Positions 28,413 through 37,458 of a stretch of DNA of 64,000 bases are shown one piece after another. The position numbers and the translations under genes were made by a program. The stretch covers positions 523,403-587,402 of the forward strand of contig DASZMQ010000014.1 of NCBI GenBank assembly GCA_035551775.1, read 5' to 3'. The notes below the pieces were generated by a model. It searched no databases. It saw only the letters and a program-made list of their open reading frames with translations, and was not told where the DNA came from. The DNA comes from Mucilaginibacter sp. (GTDB lineage: Bacteria; Bacteroidota; Bacteroidia; Sphingobacteriales; Sphingobacteriaceae). Numbering within the stretch: position 1 is the stretch's first letter; each line of letters begins with the position of its first letter.

Positions 28413-29150
28413 GAGATTGAGATTTAGTTGATTAATTTATTGATTTAGTTGATAATTGAATTCAAAGGAATAAAGTGGCAAGCCTATTGGCTCGGGTCAA
28501 AAACCTCTATGCGCTGCCCCCTGAAAGTGAGATGTGGGGTACGTGAAAGGCATCCAAAAAGGGAAAAATGTAAAGGTTTTATCATTTAAGTTATTTAATA
28601 ATAAATACTCAAAAACAATCGCTGTCCTTTTTGCCCGATAAGCCCCGGCGCTGTTCTGCCGCGGTTTTATCGAATTGGAATACGTTATAATTATATCAGG
28701 TTCTGCACACTTTCCCGTAATAAGGGAAAGCTAAATTGGTACTGCATCTAATTTAAATAGAGTGTATTGTTTACACAAGAATAATTTCACATTTTGTAAA
28801 TTAATTATTTTAACCTGCTTTGATTGTCAAAATTATCAATGATTCCGGCTTTTGTTAACAATAATTATAAATTGATATATACTTTTTAAAAAATTTTAAA
28901 ATCAAAAAGCATGTTTTTTATAAACATTGCCTGTTAAAAACTGCTTTTCGGTGCATAATTGGCAAAATGGGCGCTAATTATTGGCTTTAAACTATCTGGA
29001 TGCATGGTTTTTATTTATCATAAAAAGTCGCGCCTCTAAAACATCATTACGTCTATTGCCATTATAATGCTACAGGTCAATCTATGGCATCTGTGATTTA
29101 AATAAAAAACAGCGTTGATTTTAGATTTTATCGATGAAGACCGCCCGTTT

Positions 29151-31454
29151 TTATTTATTCCACTGCAGCGAAGCCGAATGCGTATCGCTGGAGTTGGTTC
29201 CGATCCGTACGATAAACTCACCCGGCTCCCAGTCGTATTTCAAATTGGTATTGTAAAATTTCAGGTCGGCAGTAGTGATCTTAAAAGTTACCTCCTTTTG
29301 CTCGCCCGGCTGCAGGGTGATCTTTTTGAAATCCTTCAGTTCCTCAACCGAACGACTGATGCTTGCAACCGGATCGCTGATATACAATTGCACGGTTTCC
29401 TCGCCCGTGTACTTACCGGTATTGGTAACCGTAACAGCTGCCGTGAGTGTTTCATCGCCTTTGAGGTGTATCTTACTAAGTCTTACCCCACTGTAGCTGA
29501 AAGTAGTATAGCTAAGCCCGTAGCCAAATGGAAAAAGCGGCGAATTGGCGATATCGATGTAATCCGATTTGAATTTGGCCGCTCCTTTATCATCGAATGG
29601 TCTGCCGGTATTCTTGTGCGCATAATAAATAGGTATCTGGCCCACGCTGCGCGGAAAAGTCGCCGTGATCTTGCCCGACGGGTTATAATTTCCGAATAGC
29701 ACATCGGCTATAGCATTGCCTGCTTCGGTACCCGGGTGCCATACATCAAGTATCGCATCCATGTGTTCGTCTTCCCATGGAATGGTAAGCGGGCGCCCGT
29801 TGAACATAACCATAACGATCGGTTTACCCGTTTTAACCAGCGCTTTTAATAAGGTACGCTGCGTTTCGGGAATATTGATGTCAGAACGGCTTGCCGATTC
29901 GCCCGACATATTGGCCGACTCCCCTACCACGGCTACCACCACGTCGGCTTTTTGCGCGGTGGCAACTGCTTCGTCTATCATTTCCTGCGCCGGGCGGTTA
30001 TCTCTTTCCTGCTTCATGCCGAAGAACCATGCACGCTCATTCAGCAGCGAGTCGTCGGTAATGTTCGATCCCCTTGCATATAAAATATTGGCATTTGAGC
30101 CCGCTATATTTTTGATACCGTCGATTACGCTTACCGATTTCTTCGGGTCGCCGGCTATTACCCAGGTGCCAAGCATTTCGGAGTGGTTATCGGCCAGCGG
30201 GCCGATCAGCGCAATGGTGCCCGATTTTTTTAACGGCAGTATCTGTCCTTTGTTCTTCAGCAAAACGAACGAATGTTCTGCGGCTTTCCTGGCGGCTTTG
30301 CGGTTATCATCGGTAAGCTCTGATTTTTTCTCAATCTCAGGGTTAATGGATTTATACGGATTGGCAAACAGTCCCAACTTGTATTTGGCTTCCAGCACGC
30401 GGCGGCAAGCCTGATCGATCTCGGCTTGGGTCACTTTGCCTTGCCGGAGTGATTTTTTCAAAGTAGTTAAAAAACCTTCGCTCACCATATCCATATCCAA
30501 ACCGGCCTTTAAGGCCAATGCTGAAACCATTTGCAGATCGCCAAGACCGTGATTGCTTAATTCACTAACTGATGTATAGTCAGACACTACAAAACCTTTA
30601 AAGCCCCACTGTTTACGCAGCAGATCGGTCAGCAGCCAGTGATTGGCAGTGGCCGGCACACCATTGATAGTATTGAACGAACTCATGAAGCTGCCCGCAC
30701 CGGCATCGACAGCCGCTTTATAAGGCGGCAGGTAATCCTGGTACATTTTGATCAGGCTCATATCTACCGTATTATACTCTCTTCCCGCTTCTGCTCCGCC
30801 ATACAAAGCGAAATGCTTCACGCAAGCCATCACTGCATCGCTTTTGGTCATATCGGTACCCTGGTAACCTTTCACCATCGCTTGCGCTATTTGCGAGCCA
30901 AGCCATGGGTCTTCACCATTGCCTTCAGAAATGCGGCCCCAGCGCGGGTCGCGTGCTATATCAACCATAGGCGAGAACACCCAGTTAAGGCCTTCGCCTG
31001 TGGCTTCGGTGGCGGCAATACGCGCCTCATTCCGGATGATCCCCATATCCCATGTGGCCGACATACCAAGCGGTATAGGAAATATAGTGCGGTGTCCGTG
31101 GATCACATCAAGCCCGAATATAAGCGGTATATGCAGACGGCTTTGCTTTACGGCGATATCCTGGGCCTTTCCAATAAAATCCGTGCCATAAACGCCAAAA
31201 ATGCCGCCGATGTCGCCTTTCTTTAGTTTTTCTGCAACACCCGTATTTACTGTGGAACCCGTAAGCGCCGGACCGCTGACAACCAAATTCAGCTGACCGA
31301 TCTTTTCGTCGATCGTCATTTTGCTCATCAGGCTGCTTATAAAAACATCCATTTTAGCATCATCACTTTTGGTTTGGGCTCCTGATTTTATACCAATTAG
31401 TATAAATAACAAAACTAAAAGGCCCGTTGCTTTAGTGCTGAGATAGGTTTTCAT
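29151..31454 (-). CDS. Glycoside hydrolase family 3 beta-glucosidase (BglX-like)
   Basis: 767 aa. GH3 N-domain (GLDVIHG, KHFALYG, GFKGFVVSDY with the nucleophile Asp), C-terminal alpha/beta sandwich and FnIII-like domain. Confidence 0.9.
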   Translation of the reverse strand: MKTYLSTKATGLLVLLFILIGIKSGAQTKSDDAKMDVFISSLMSKMTIDEKIGQLNLVVSGPALTGSTVNTGVAEKLKKGDIGGIFGVYGTDFIGKAQDIAVKQSRLHIPLIFGLDVIHGHRTIFPIPLGMSATWDMGIIRNEARIAATEATGEGLNWVFSPMVDIARDPRWGRISEGNGEDPWLGSQIAQAMVKGYQGTDMTKSDAVMACVKHFALYGGAEAGREYNTVDMSLIKMYQDYLPPYKAAVDAGAGSFMSSFNTINGVPATANHWLLTDLLRKQWGFKGFVVSDYTSVSELSNHGLGDLQMVSALALKAGLDMDMVSEGFLTTLKKSLRQGKVTQAEIDQACRRVLEAKYKLGLFANPYKSINPEIEKKSELTDDNRKAARKAAEHSFVLLKNKGQILPLKKSGTIALIGPLADNHSEMLGTWVIAGDPKKSVSVIDGIKNIAGSNANILYARGSNITDDSLLNERAWFFGMKQERDNRPAQEMIDEAVATAQKADVVVAVVGESANMSGESASRSDINIPETQRTLLKALVKTGKPIVMVMFNGRPLTIPWEDEHMDAILDVWHPGTEAGNAIADVLFGNYNPSGKITATFPRSVGQIPIYYAHKNTGRPFDDKGAAKFKSDYIDIANSPLFPFGYGLSYTTFSYSGVRLSKIHLKGDETLTAAVTVTNTGKYTGEETVQLYISDPVASISRSVEELKDFKKITLQPGEQKEVTFKITTADLKFYNTNLKYDWEPGEFIVRIGTNSSDTHSASLQWNK

Positions 31455-31649
31455 ATTCCGCGTATTTTGACCAGCTTATCCCTGTTAATTAAATTAGCAG
31501 AAATAATAAATACATTTGCTGATCGGTTTAATAAAAAATAAGTTTAAAATTGGTACAGGGCCAGCCTTTTTGAGCGGCATGGTGTATTTAGAACACAATA
31601 GTATTTATTATTCCCGGATAAACAAAGTATTTTTTGTACAATAGCACAA

Positions 31650-32411
31650 ATGTTCACCAAACAGGAACTGATAGAATTTTGCGACAATGCCCGTGAGAAT
31701 TACCTTGCGCATATTTCTATTGACAGCGTTGTGTTTGGTTTTCACGAAGGGCAGCTGAAGGTGCTGGTGCTTAAAATGAAAGATGAGGAAGCCTGGTATC
31801 TCCCGGGAGGCTTTGTGCTGAAGAATGAACCTATTGAAAAGGCAGCCACGCGTATATTAAAGGAACGCACAGGCCTCGATGAGATATTTTTGCAGCAGTT
31901 CCACGTATTCGGCGACCCGGAACGCTCGCGGCCGCATCGCGATATGTATAAGGAGATGCTGCCCGCGGCGGAAAATTGGTTCGCCAACCGGTTCCTGACC
32001 ATCGGTTATTACGCGCTTGTTGATTTTATGAATGCAGTGCCCGCGCCTGATCAGCATTCGATCCTGTGCGCCTGGCGCGATTTGGACGACATGCCGGCAT
32101 TGGAACTGGATCACAGCATTATATTAAAGACGGCACTCGATACGTTGCGGCTGCAGCTGAATTATCAACCCATAGGCTACAACCTGATGCCTAAAGAATT
32201 CACCATGCCCGAACTGCAGAAGCTCTACGAGACGATACTGGGCAAAAAACTCGACCGGAGAAACTTTCAGCGCCGCATTCTGGGCTTCGGCATCCTGAAG
32301 CGTTCCGAACAACCGCGAAAAGGCGGAGCGCATAAAGCGCCCTACCTGTATTCCTTCGACCTAAAAAATTACCAAAGTGCCCTTACAGAGGGACTGCAAG
32401 GCGGATGGTAA
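31650..32411 (+). CDS. Nudix-domain transcriptional regulator (NrtR-like) with degenerate Nudix box
   Basis: Nudix fold with GGFVLKNEPIEKAATRILKERTG, in which the canonical REUxEE is RILKER. The C-terminal ~90 aa look like a winged-helix domain (..FTMPELQKLYETILGKKLDRRNFQRRI..). Confidence 0.7.
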   Translation: MFTKQELIEFCDNARENYLAHISIDSVVFGFHEGQLKVLVLKMKDEEAWYLPGGFVLKNEPIEKAATRILKERTGLDEIFLQQFHVFGDPERSRPHRDMYKEMLPAAENWFANRFLTIGYYALVDFMNAVPAPDQHSILCAWRDLDDMPALELDHSIILKTALDTLRLQLNYQPIGYNLMPKEFTMPELQKLYETILGKKLDRRNFQRRILGFGILKRSEQPRKGGAHKAPYLYSFDLKNYQSALTEGLQGGW

Positions 32412-32414
32412 TTT

Positions 32415-32500
32415 GATTTCGGATGTCGGATTTTCGATTTCGGATTTTTCAACATCTGTAAAAAATAAATCCGAAATCGAAAATCCCAATTCCGAAATCC
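32415..32500. terminator. Long inverted repeat built from TTCGGATTT words; probable bidirectional terminator
   Basis: Perfect 20-bp arms GGATTTTCGATTTCGGATTT (32428-32447) and AAATCCGAAATCGAAAATCC (32467-32486), a 19-nt loop and imperfect extensions. It lies between convergent genes. Confidence 0.65.
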
Positions 32501-32501
32501 G

Positions 32502-32885
32502 TTAGTTCTGCGAGTGCAATGCCACCGCGTTTCCTTCGGTATCGATGAAGAAACCCATATGGCCTATCTCGTCGCTGATCTTACCTTTTGGCATGGTGAT
32601 CTTACCACCGGCGGCCTCAACTTTTGAGAGCGCAACGTCCAGGTCGGGGTTACCATTAAAATAAACTTTTACCCCGTCGGCGCTGGGCTTATGCATATCG
32701 CTTTGCACCAGGGCGCCCGAAAGCTTACCACCCGTCATGTCGTACGGGAACATCGCCATCTTCATACCCATCATATCCATTTCTTCCATCCGGATATCAA
32801 AGATGGTCTCGTAAAATTTTTTCGCTCTTGCGATATCGCTAACCGATATCTCGAACCAGTTCAGAATGTTTGCTGAGGCGTCCAT
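32502..32885 (-). CDS. VOC (glyoxalase/bleomycin-resistance/dioxygenase) family protein
   Basis: 127 aa. Paired beta-alpha-beta-beta-beta pattern and family-typical N-terminus (WFEISVSDIARAKKFYETIF). Confidence 0.8.
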   Translation of the reverse strand: MDASANILNWFEISVSDIARAKKFYETIFDIRMEEMDMMGMKMAMFPYDMTGGKLSGALVQSDMHKPSADGVKVYFNGNPDLDVALSKVEAAGGKITMPKGKISDEIGHMGFFIDTEGNAVALHSQN

Positions 32886-33070
32886 AAGTTTTTGATTTTT
32901 TAAGTTTTATAAATTGATTTGTTTAAAGCTAAGTTGCGCCTGTTAACAGTGTATATGCTGCATATAAACATTTTTACGGGCTCGTCTGCCACAAACCTAA
33001 GCCGATTCGCATGCTGGGAAGGAGTGTGAATACGACAACCTTAGGGGTTGATTGCGCCAAGTTGTTAAGT

Positions 33071-33078
33071 TAACTTTG
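33071..33078 (+). promoter_or_regulatory. Candidate -7 box TAACTTTG
   Basis: Exact TAnnTTTG, 18 nt upstream of the ATG at 33097. This supports 33097 rather than 33052 as the true start. Confidence 0.45.
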
Positions 33079-33096
33079 TTTAAAAATTATCATTTC

Positions 33097-34080
33097 ATGA
33101 AACACGTATCTATCATTATCCCGCAGGGCCCTATCATCCTGAGCAGCGTAATTGGCACCTATAAGGTTTTCAGTTTTGTAAACGGCTTTTTTCAGGCCCA
33201 GGGCAAGAAGCCGCCTTTTGACATTCACCTGGTAGGACTAAGCAAGGAGAATGAATTGTACGATGGCTTATTCGCCATAAGGCCCGATTCGATGCTGAGC
33301 GATATACCTAAAACCGACCTGATCATGATACCGGCCTTTTACGGCAACCCGATGGACGGGCTGGAAAAGAACCAGGATTTCGTACCATGGATCGTGGATC
33401 AGTATAAACATGGCGCCGAGGTCGCAAGTCTTTGCACCGGCGCTTTCCTGTTGGCGGCCACCAACCTCATCAAAGGCAAGACCTGCACCACGCACTGGAT
33501 GGCCGCGGATATTTTCAGGCAGGCATTCCCGAACATCAAGCTAATGCCCGAAAAGCTGATCATCGATGAACTGGGTATCTATTCCAGCGGCGGGGCGTAT
33601 TCCTTCCTCAACCTGGTGATCTATTTAGTAGAAAAATATTGCGGACGCGACGTCGCCGTACATTGCTCAAAGGTGATGGAGATCGAGATCGACCGCGAGA
33701 CCCAATCGCCTTTCGTCATCTTCAGCGGGCAGAAGGAGCACAATGATGAGCCGATAAAGAAAGCGCAGGTATATATCGAGCGTAACGTGGGTGCGAAGAT
33801 CACCGTCGACCAGCTTTCGGAAATGTTCGCCATCAGCCGGAGGAATTTCGAGCGCAGGTTCAAAAAAGCTACATCGAACACGCCAGTAGAATACCTGCAG
33901 CGTGTAAAGATCGAAGCCGCTAAAAAAAGCCTCGAGGGAGGCCGCGAGAACGTGAACGAGGTAATGTATTCCGTTGGCTATTCAGATAATAAGGCGTTCC
34001 GGACCATCTTCAAAAAGATAACGGGGCTATCCCCTATTGAGTATCGCAATAAATATAATAGGGAAATGGCGCTGAATTGA
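33097..34080 (+). CDS. GlxA-family regulator (DJ-1/PfpI-like domain fused to AraC HTH)
   Basis: N-terminal GATase1-like domain with the nucleophile-elbow Cys (VASLCTGAFLLA). C-terminal AraC HTH (..ISRRNFERRFKKATSNTPVEYLQRVKIEAAKKSLE..). Confidence 0.85.
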   Translation: MKHVSIIIPQGPIILSSVIGTYKVFSFVNGFFQAQGKKPPFDIHLVGLSKENELYDGLFAIRPDSMLSDIPKTDLIMIPAFYGNPMDGLEKNQDFVPWIVDQYKHGAEVASLCTGAFLLAATNLIKGKTCTTHWMAADIFRQAFPNIKLMPEKLIIDELGIYSSGGAYSFLNLVIYLVEKYCGRDVAVHCSKVMEIEIDRETQSPFVIFSGQKEHNDEPIKKAQVYIERNVGAKITVDQLSEMFAISRRNFERRFKKATSNTPVEYLQRVKIEAAKKSLEGGRENVNEVMYSVGYSDNKAFRTIFKKITGLSPIEYRNKYNREMALN

Positions 34081-34118
34081 TCAAAAGCCAGCTATATTTC
34101 AGATCAGACCGGCAGCCG

Positions 34119-34574
34119 TCACCTGCTCAATTTCACAACCCTTACGAAATAAACACCGGCCGGCGCCCATCCTTCATTGGACAGTGTGGCGCTATGTGCG
34201 TCAATCGATACGGTAGCGAAGTAATCGGCGCTTCCCATGATGGTCATGCCATCCTGGTAACGGGAAGTATATTGTAGTTGCAGGGAGCCGTCAGAATTCA
34301 TTGTAAATGTTCCTGACTCAACGGTCGTTCCTTCGTTGAGTGACAATTTCCCGTCTGACGCAAATACGAAGCGGTCGGCTGATGTGCCCATGTATTTATC
34401 CCCATGGGTTCCTAATGCCTGTGAATATGACGAGGTGGAATCGCTAACTAATTTCCAATCGCCTACAAGGTGTGAGTCGGCTTGAACCGCTACCGGCTTC
34501 GGATCAGTGCTGCTTTTCTGGCATGAAAAAAGGCCGATACAGGCAGCAATGCAAAAAAGGGCTAAGTTCTTCAT
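34119..34574 (-). CDS. Lipocalin-like small lipoprotein (paralog of 57545-58024)
   Basis: Lipobox GLFSCQK. LVGDWKLVSDSTSSY resembles LVGKWNIISDSLSY in the 57545 gene. Beta-rich. Confidence 0.55.
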   Translation of the reverse strand: MKNLALFCIAACIGLFSCQKSSTDPKPVAVQADSHLVGDWKLVSDSTSSYSQALGTHGDKYMGTSADRFVFASDGKLSLNEGTTVESGTFTMNSDGSLQLQYTSRYQDGMTIMGSADYFATVSIDAHSATLSNEGWAPAGVYFVRVVKLSR

Positions 34575-34706
34575 TTTCTTTTAATTGGCTGATTTCCCCC
34601 TTGATACGATAAGGTTTTCACAGGGTTTCGGGTTATTTAGATAATTTTCATAAATAACTCGTAATCAGCAAAATAAAATTCAGCCCGCGCCTCGTGCACT
34701 ATCAAT

Positions 34707-34732
34707 AAAAAAGCCTCCTTTCAGGGGAGGCT
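34707..34732 (-). terminator. Rho-independent terminator after the 34754-35215 gene
   Basis: The minus strand reads AGCCTCC-CCTGAAA-GGAGGCT followed by TTTTTT (complement of 34707-34712). Confidence 0.7.
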
Positions 34733-34753
34733 GTAAACGGTATAGACCCGGCG

Positions 34754-35215
34754 TCAATGCACGCTGTCGCGCAGCGATTTGATCTCATCATGCGCCTGCA
34801 GTATTTCCTGCATCTGGCCGTCAAGCATATCAATAATATAAGCCGGCAGCACATCGTCGCCCAAGGCTTCCTGGTAAGCGTTACGAATGGCATCCTCACC
34901 CGATTCACATTCATCCAGTATCTCATACCGGCCATGCCCGTTGAATGCTTCTTTAACCGCAAGCCAGGCACGATGCAGTTTGCCACCGGTGGTGGTTCCC
35001 TGGTCAATATCCTTGCCCAACGCTTGTATTTCGGTGCCAATTTCCATTTTATAGCGGCGGCTGTTATCTATCAGCCTCAGAAAAACCGGCTCAAGATCCT
35101 TGTCGTTGTCATCTTGCTCAACTTCTTTCAAAGCGCGCTCGTAGTTCTCTATGCGGTCGTTGTTGATCAACACCAGGTCGTTCAACATCTCCAGTGTTCT
35201 TTCGGTGTTTTCCAT
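34754..35215 (-). CDS. PA2169-family four-helix-bundle (ferritin-like, DUF2383) protein
   Basis: 153 aa. LNDLVLINNDRIENYERALKEV and ...IRNAYQEAL... are characteristic of this family. Confidence 0.8.
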   Translation of the reverse strand: MENTERTLEMLNDLVLINNDRIENYERALKEVEQDDNDKDLEPVFLRLIDNSRRYKMEIGTEIQALGKDIDQGTTTGGKLHRAWLAVKEAFNGHGRYEILDECESGEDAIRNAYQEALGDDVLPAYIIDMLDGQMQEILQAHDEIKSLRDSVH

Positions 35216-35317
35216 AAATTTCCCTTTCCTGGTTTTATAATTAACCCGGCGAACGAGAGAATTGTTTAAGAGTTTTTCAGAACTGACGCTTCCTGATAAG
35301 GCAAAAAAAGGTCCTGT

Positions 35318-35683
35318 TCAGCTCTTTGCGTACTTGTACTTTTCGATTAACGCCGTCATATCTTCAATGTCAAACGGCTTGTTCAGGTAAGTATCTGCGC
35401 CGCATTCGTTTGCTATGCGAATGAGATCATTGTGCGCCGAGACAATGGCGACAGGAATGTGACTGGTAGATGGGTTCGATTTGATCGCTTTACACAAACT
35501 GCCGCCAAGCTGACCATTTATCCAATGGTCAAGCAGGATGAGCGAGGGCGCAATCGCTTCGATTTCTTTTAGAGTTAATACGTCAGAACGGGGAACGACT
35601 TGTATTTGTAATGTTTCGGCAAGGTATGATAAGATCTCTAACGTATCCCTATCGTCTTCGATAATAAGGATGATATTCTTCAT
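35318..35683 (-). CDS. Stand-alone response regulator receiver (CheY-like)
   Basis: 121 aa. IIEDD acidic pocket, phospho-acceptor Asp in LILLDHW, conserved S/T (AIVSAH) and K (YLNKPF). No output domain and no adjacent kinase. Confidence 0.85.
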   Translation of the reverse strand: MKNIILIIEDDRDTLEILSYLAETLQIQVVPRSDVLTLKEIEAIAPSLILLDHWINGQLGGSLCKAIKSNPSTSHIPVAIVSAHNDLIRIANECGADTYLNKPFDIEDMTALIEKYKYAKS

Positions 35684-35891
35684 ATATGCCTATGAAGATA
35701 TGCATTTAAATCCAAATGCAAGCATAGATTTAAGTATTAGTATAATTTTTACAAAAGGAATTAAAAAACAACCTCGTCAAAACCATTCGGTTAGAAGCAG
35801 GTTATGTTTTTAGTGTGGTTTTAATCGAAAGGAATTATCCTAATGATTTAAACGACCCGCCCTGTCTGAGATTCTCAGCAGGGTTTTTTGT

Positions 35892-35899
35892 TAGGTTTG
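35892..35899 (+). promoter_or_regulatory. Candidate -7 box TAGGTTTG, only 4 nt before the ATG
   Basis: Exact TAnnTTTG ending 4 nt before ATG 35904. The spacing implies a leaderless or near-leaderless mRNA. Confidence 0.35.
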
Positions 35900-35903
35900 T
35901 ATT

Positions 35904-36638
35904 ATGCCGGAAGGACCGAATTTGATCATGACGAAGGAAAACCTGCTGCAATTCAAAGGCAGACGGGTTACAGCCGCGTCCGGTTACGCCAAAAACGTCG
36001 ACCCGGATATGCTGAAGAGTAATACGCTCAAAAACATCAAAACATGGGGCAAGCATTTGCTTTTGGTTTTCGAAGATTTCACGCTGCGGGTGCATTTTGG
36101 GCTGTTCGGTTCGTTCAGGATAGATCGGCCTGTTAAGAAGAATGCTGCTCTACACCTGCAATTTGGCGAGGATGAAGTTAATTTTTCCATTGTCAAGATA
36201 CAGGTTATCGATGAGCCGCTGGATAAGGTTTACGATTGGTCGGCCGATATCATGAGCAAAAAATGGGATGAGGCAAAGGCAATTGAAAAGTTGAAAGCCA
36301 AACCCAAACTGCTGATCTGCGACGCCCTGCTCGACCAGGATATTTTTGCCGGATCGGGTAATATTATCAAAAACGAAGCGCTCTTCCGGGCGAGGATACA
36401 TCCCGAAAGTCTCTCCGGCAAGATCCCAAATGATAAATTGAAAGAATTATCGCAAGAAGTGGTCGCCTTCAGCAAAGAATTTCTGAAATATGGCAAAACA
36501 CATCATTTAGGCGACAGGCTCGAGGCTTATAACCGGGAAATGTGTCCGCGCAATCACATTCCATTTCATAAAAAGGATACCGGCAAAACCAAACGGCGGA
36601 CATTTTATTGCGATAAATGCCAGGTACTGTATACATAA
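35904..36638 (+). CDS. Fpg/Nei-family DNA glycosylase / AP lyase (endonuclease VIII-like)
   Basis: N-terminal MPEGP with the catalytic Pro2. H2TH motif (LLDQDIFAGSGNIIKNEALFRARIHP). C-terminal zinc-finger cysteines (CPRN...YCDKC). Confidence 0.85.
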   Translation: MPEGPNLIMTKENLLQFKGRRVTAASGYAKNVDPDMLKSNTLKNIKTWGKHLLLVFEDFTLRVHFGLFGSFRIDRPVKKNAALHLQFGEDEVNFSIVKIQVIDEPLDKVYDWSADIMSKKWDEAKAIEKLKAKPKLLICDALLDQDIFAGSGNIIKNEALFRARIHPESLSGKIPNDKLKELSQEVVAFSKEFLKYGKTHHLGDRLEAYNREMCPRNHIPFHKKDTGKTKRRTFYCDKCQVLYT

Positions 36639-36677
36639 TTGCGGCAAACCAACGGCTTTCCCCTTTGTTATCAACGC

Positions 36678-37214
36678 ATGAAGAAGGAAGTACTGGCGGC
36701 ATCCGCTGCGCTGGCCGGCGCGGCAGCCATAACATGGTTGGTAAAAAACAGGAATGAGCACCTTGAAACCGTAGGTTATGTCGACATCGGGCAATACCTG
36801 GGTAAATGGTACGAGATAGCCCGTTTCCCTCACAGCTTTGAAAAGGATTGCGCCTGCTGCATGGCAGAATACAGTATGAACGAGGATGGTTCCATCAAAA
36901 TACTGAACGGCTGCATCAGGGAGGGTAACCTGGAAGTGACGGAGGGAAGAGCGACTATCATCGACAGGAGGCATCAATCTAAGCTCAGAGTGCAATTTAA
37001 CGACGGCATTTTCACCGGTCAGTACTGGATCATTGCGCTCGCACCCGATTACAGCTATGCAATGGTGGGCCACCCCAACCGCAAATACTTGTGGATACTG
37101 AACCGCACGCCCGTGATGGATAACCAGGTTTATAATTTCCTGCTGGTGCAGGCTGCAGGCAAAGGGTTTGACGTTCGCAAGCTGGCTAAAACGGGTCAGG
37201 ATTGTAACTTGTGA
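36678..37214 (+). CDS. blc: Bacterial lipocalin (Blc-like)
   Basis: GKWYEIARFPHSFEKDC is the lipocalin SCR1 motif. The ATG at 36678 gives a hydrophobic N-terminus. The track ORF from 36639 uses TTG. Confidence 0.85.
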   Translation: MKKEVLAASAALAGAAAITWLVKNRNEHLETVGYVDIGQYLGKWYEIARFPHSFEKDCACCMAEYSMNEDGSIKILNGCIREGNLEVTEGRATIIDRRHQSKLRVQFNDGIFTGQYWIIALAPDYSYAMVGHPNRKYLWILNRTPVMDNQVYNFLLVQAAGKGFDVRKLAKTGQDCNL

Positions 37215-37242
37215 ATGAAAGCATTAAAGATAACTCCTGGAA

Positions 37243-37317
37243 GTCCCGTTAGGGACTACCTGTTTGTAGAAGCAAAGAATCATTACCATAAGCCCCTTAG
37301 GGGCTTTCTGTTTGTTA
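37243..37317 (+). repeat. Two tandem stem-loop + CTGTTTGT units
   Basis: GTCCCgttaGGGAC-tacCTGTTTGTag (37243-37269) and AGCCCCttaGGGGCT-ttCTGTTTGTta (37291-37317), downstream of blc. Confidence 0.6.
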
Positions 37318-37458
37318 CCCGTGTGCTGAACGGGTATTTCAGCAAATATTTGTCTAATCCTGTCCGGATTTTTTAAAATCTATCTATATTGCCTTACGAT
37401 TATTAACCTTCACGGCGTTGTGTGCCCACACACTACGTAATTTTATTTTAAAACTATT

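Noticed and set aside
28733-28742. 10-mer AAATTGGTAC shared by the SusC upstream region and the GH3/Nudix-regulator spacer (31547-31556), considered as a common operator
   Set aside because: With about 740 x 195 position pairs on two strands, one shared 10-mer is close to the chance expectation in AT-rich DNA. It is also not palindromic. It is mentioned only as something to test if the regulator's motif is determined.
29716-31226. Plus-strand ORFs of 232 and 195 aa inside the GH3 gene; similar ORFs at 24201-24743 (SusD) and 19930-22329 (VCBS gene)
   Set aside because: All are antisense to long genes with clear family signatures. None has a signal peptide or a recognisable domain.
36507-37073. 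188-aa minus-strand ORF opposite the blc lipocalin gene
   Set aside because: The plus-strand frame carries the diagnostic GKWYEIARFP lipocalin motif. The antisense product has no motif.
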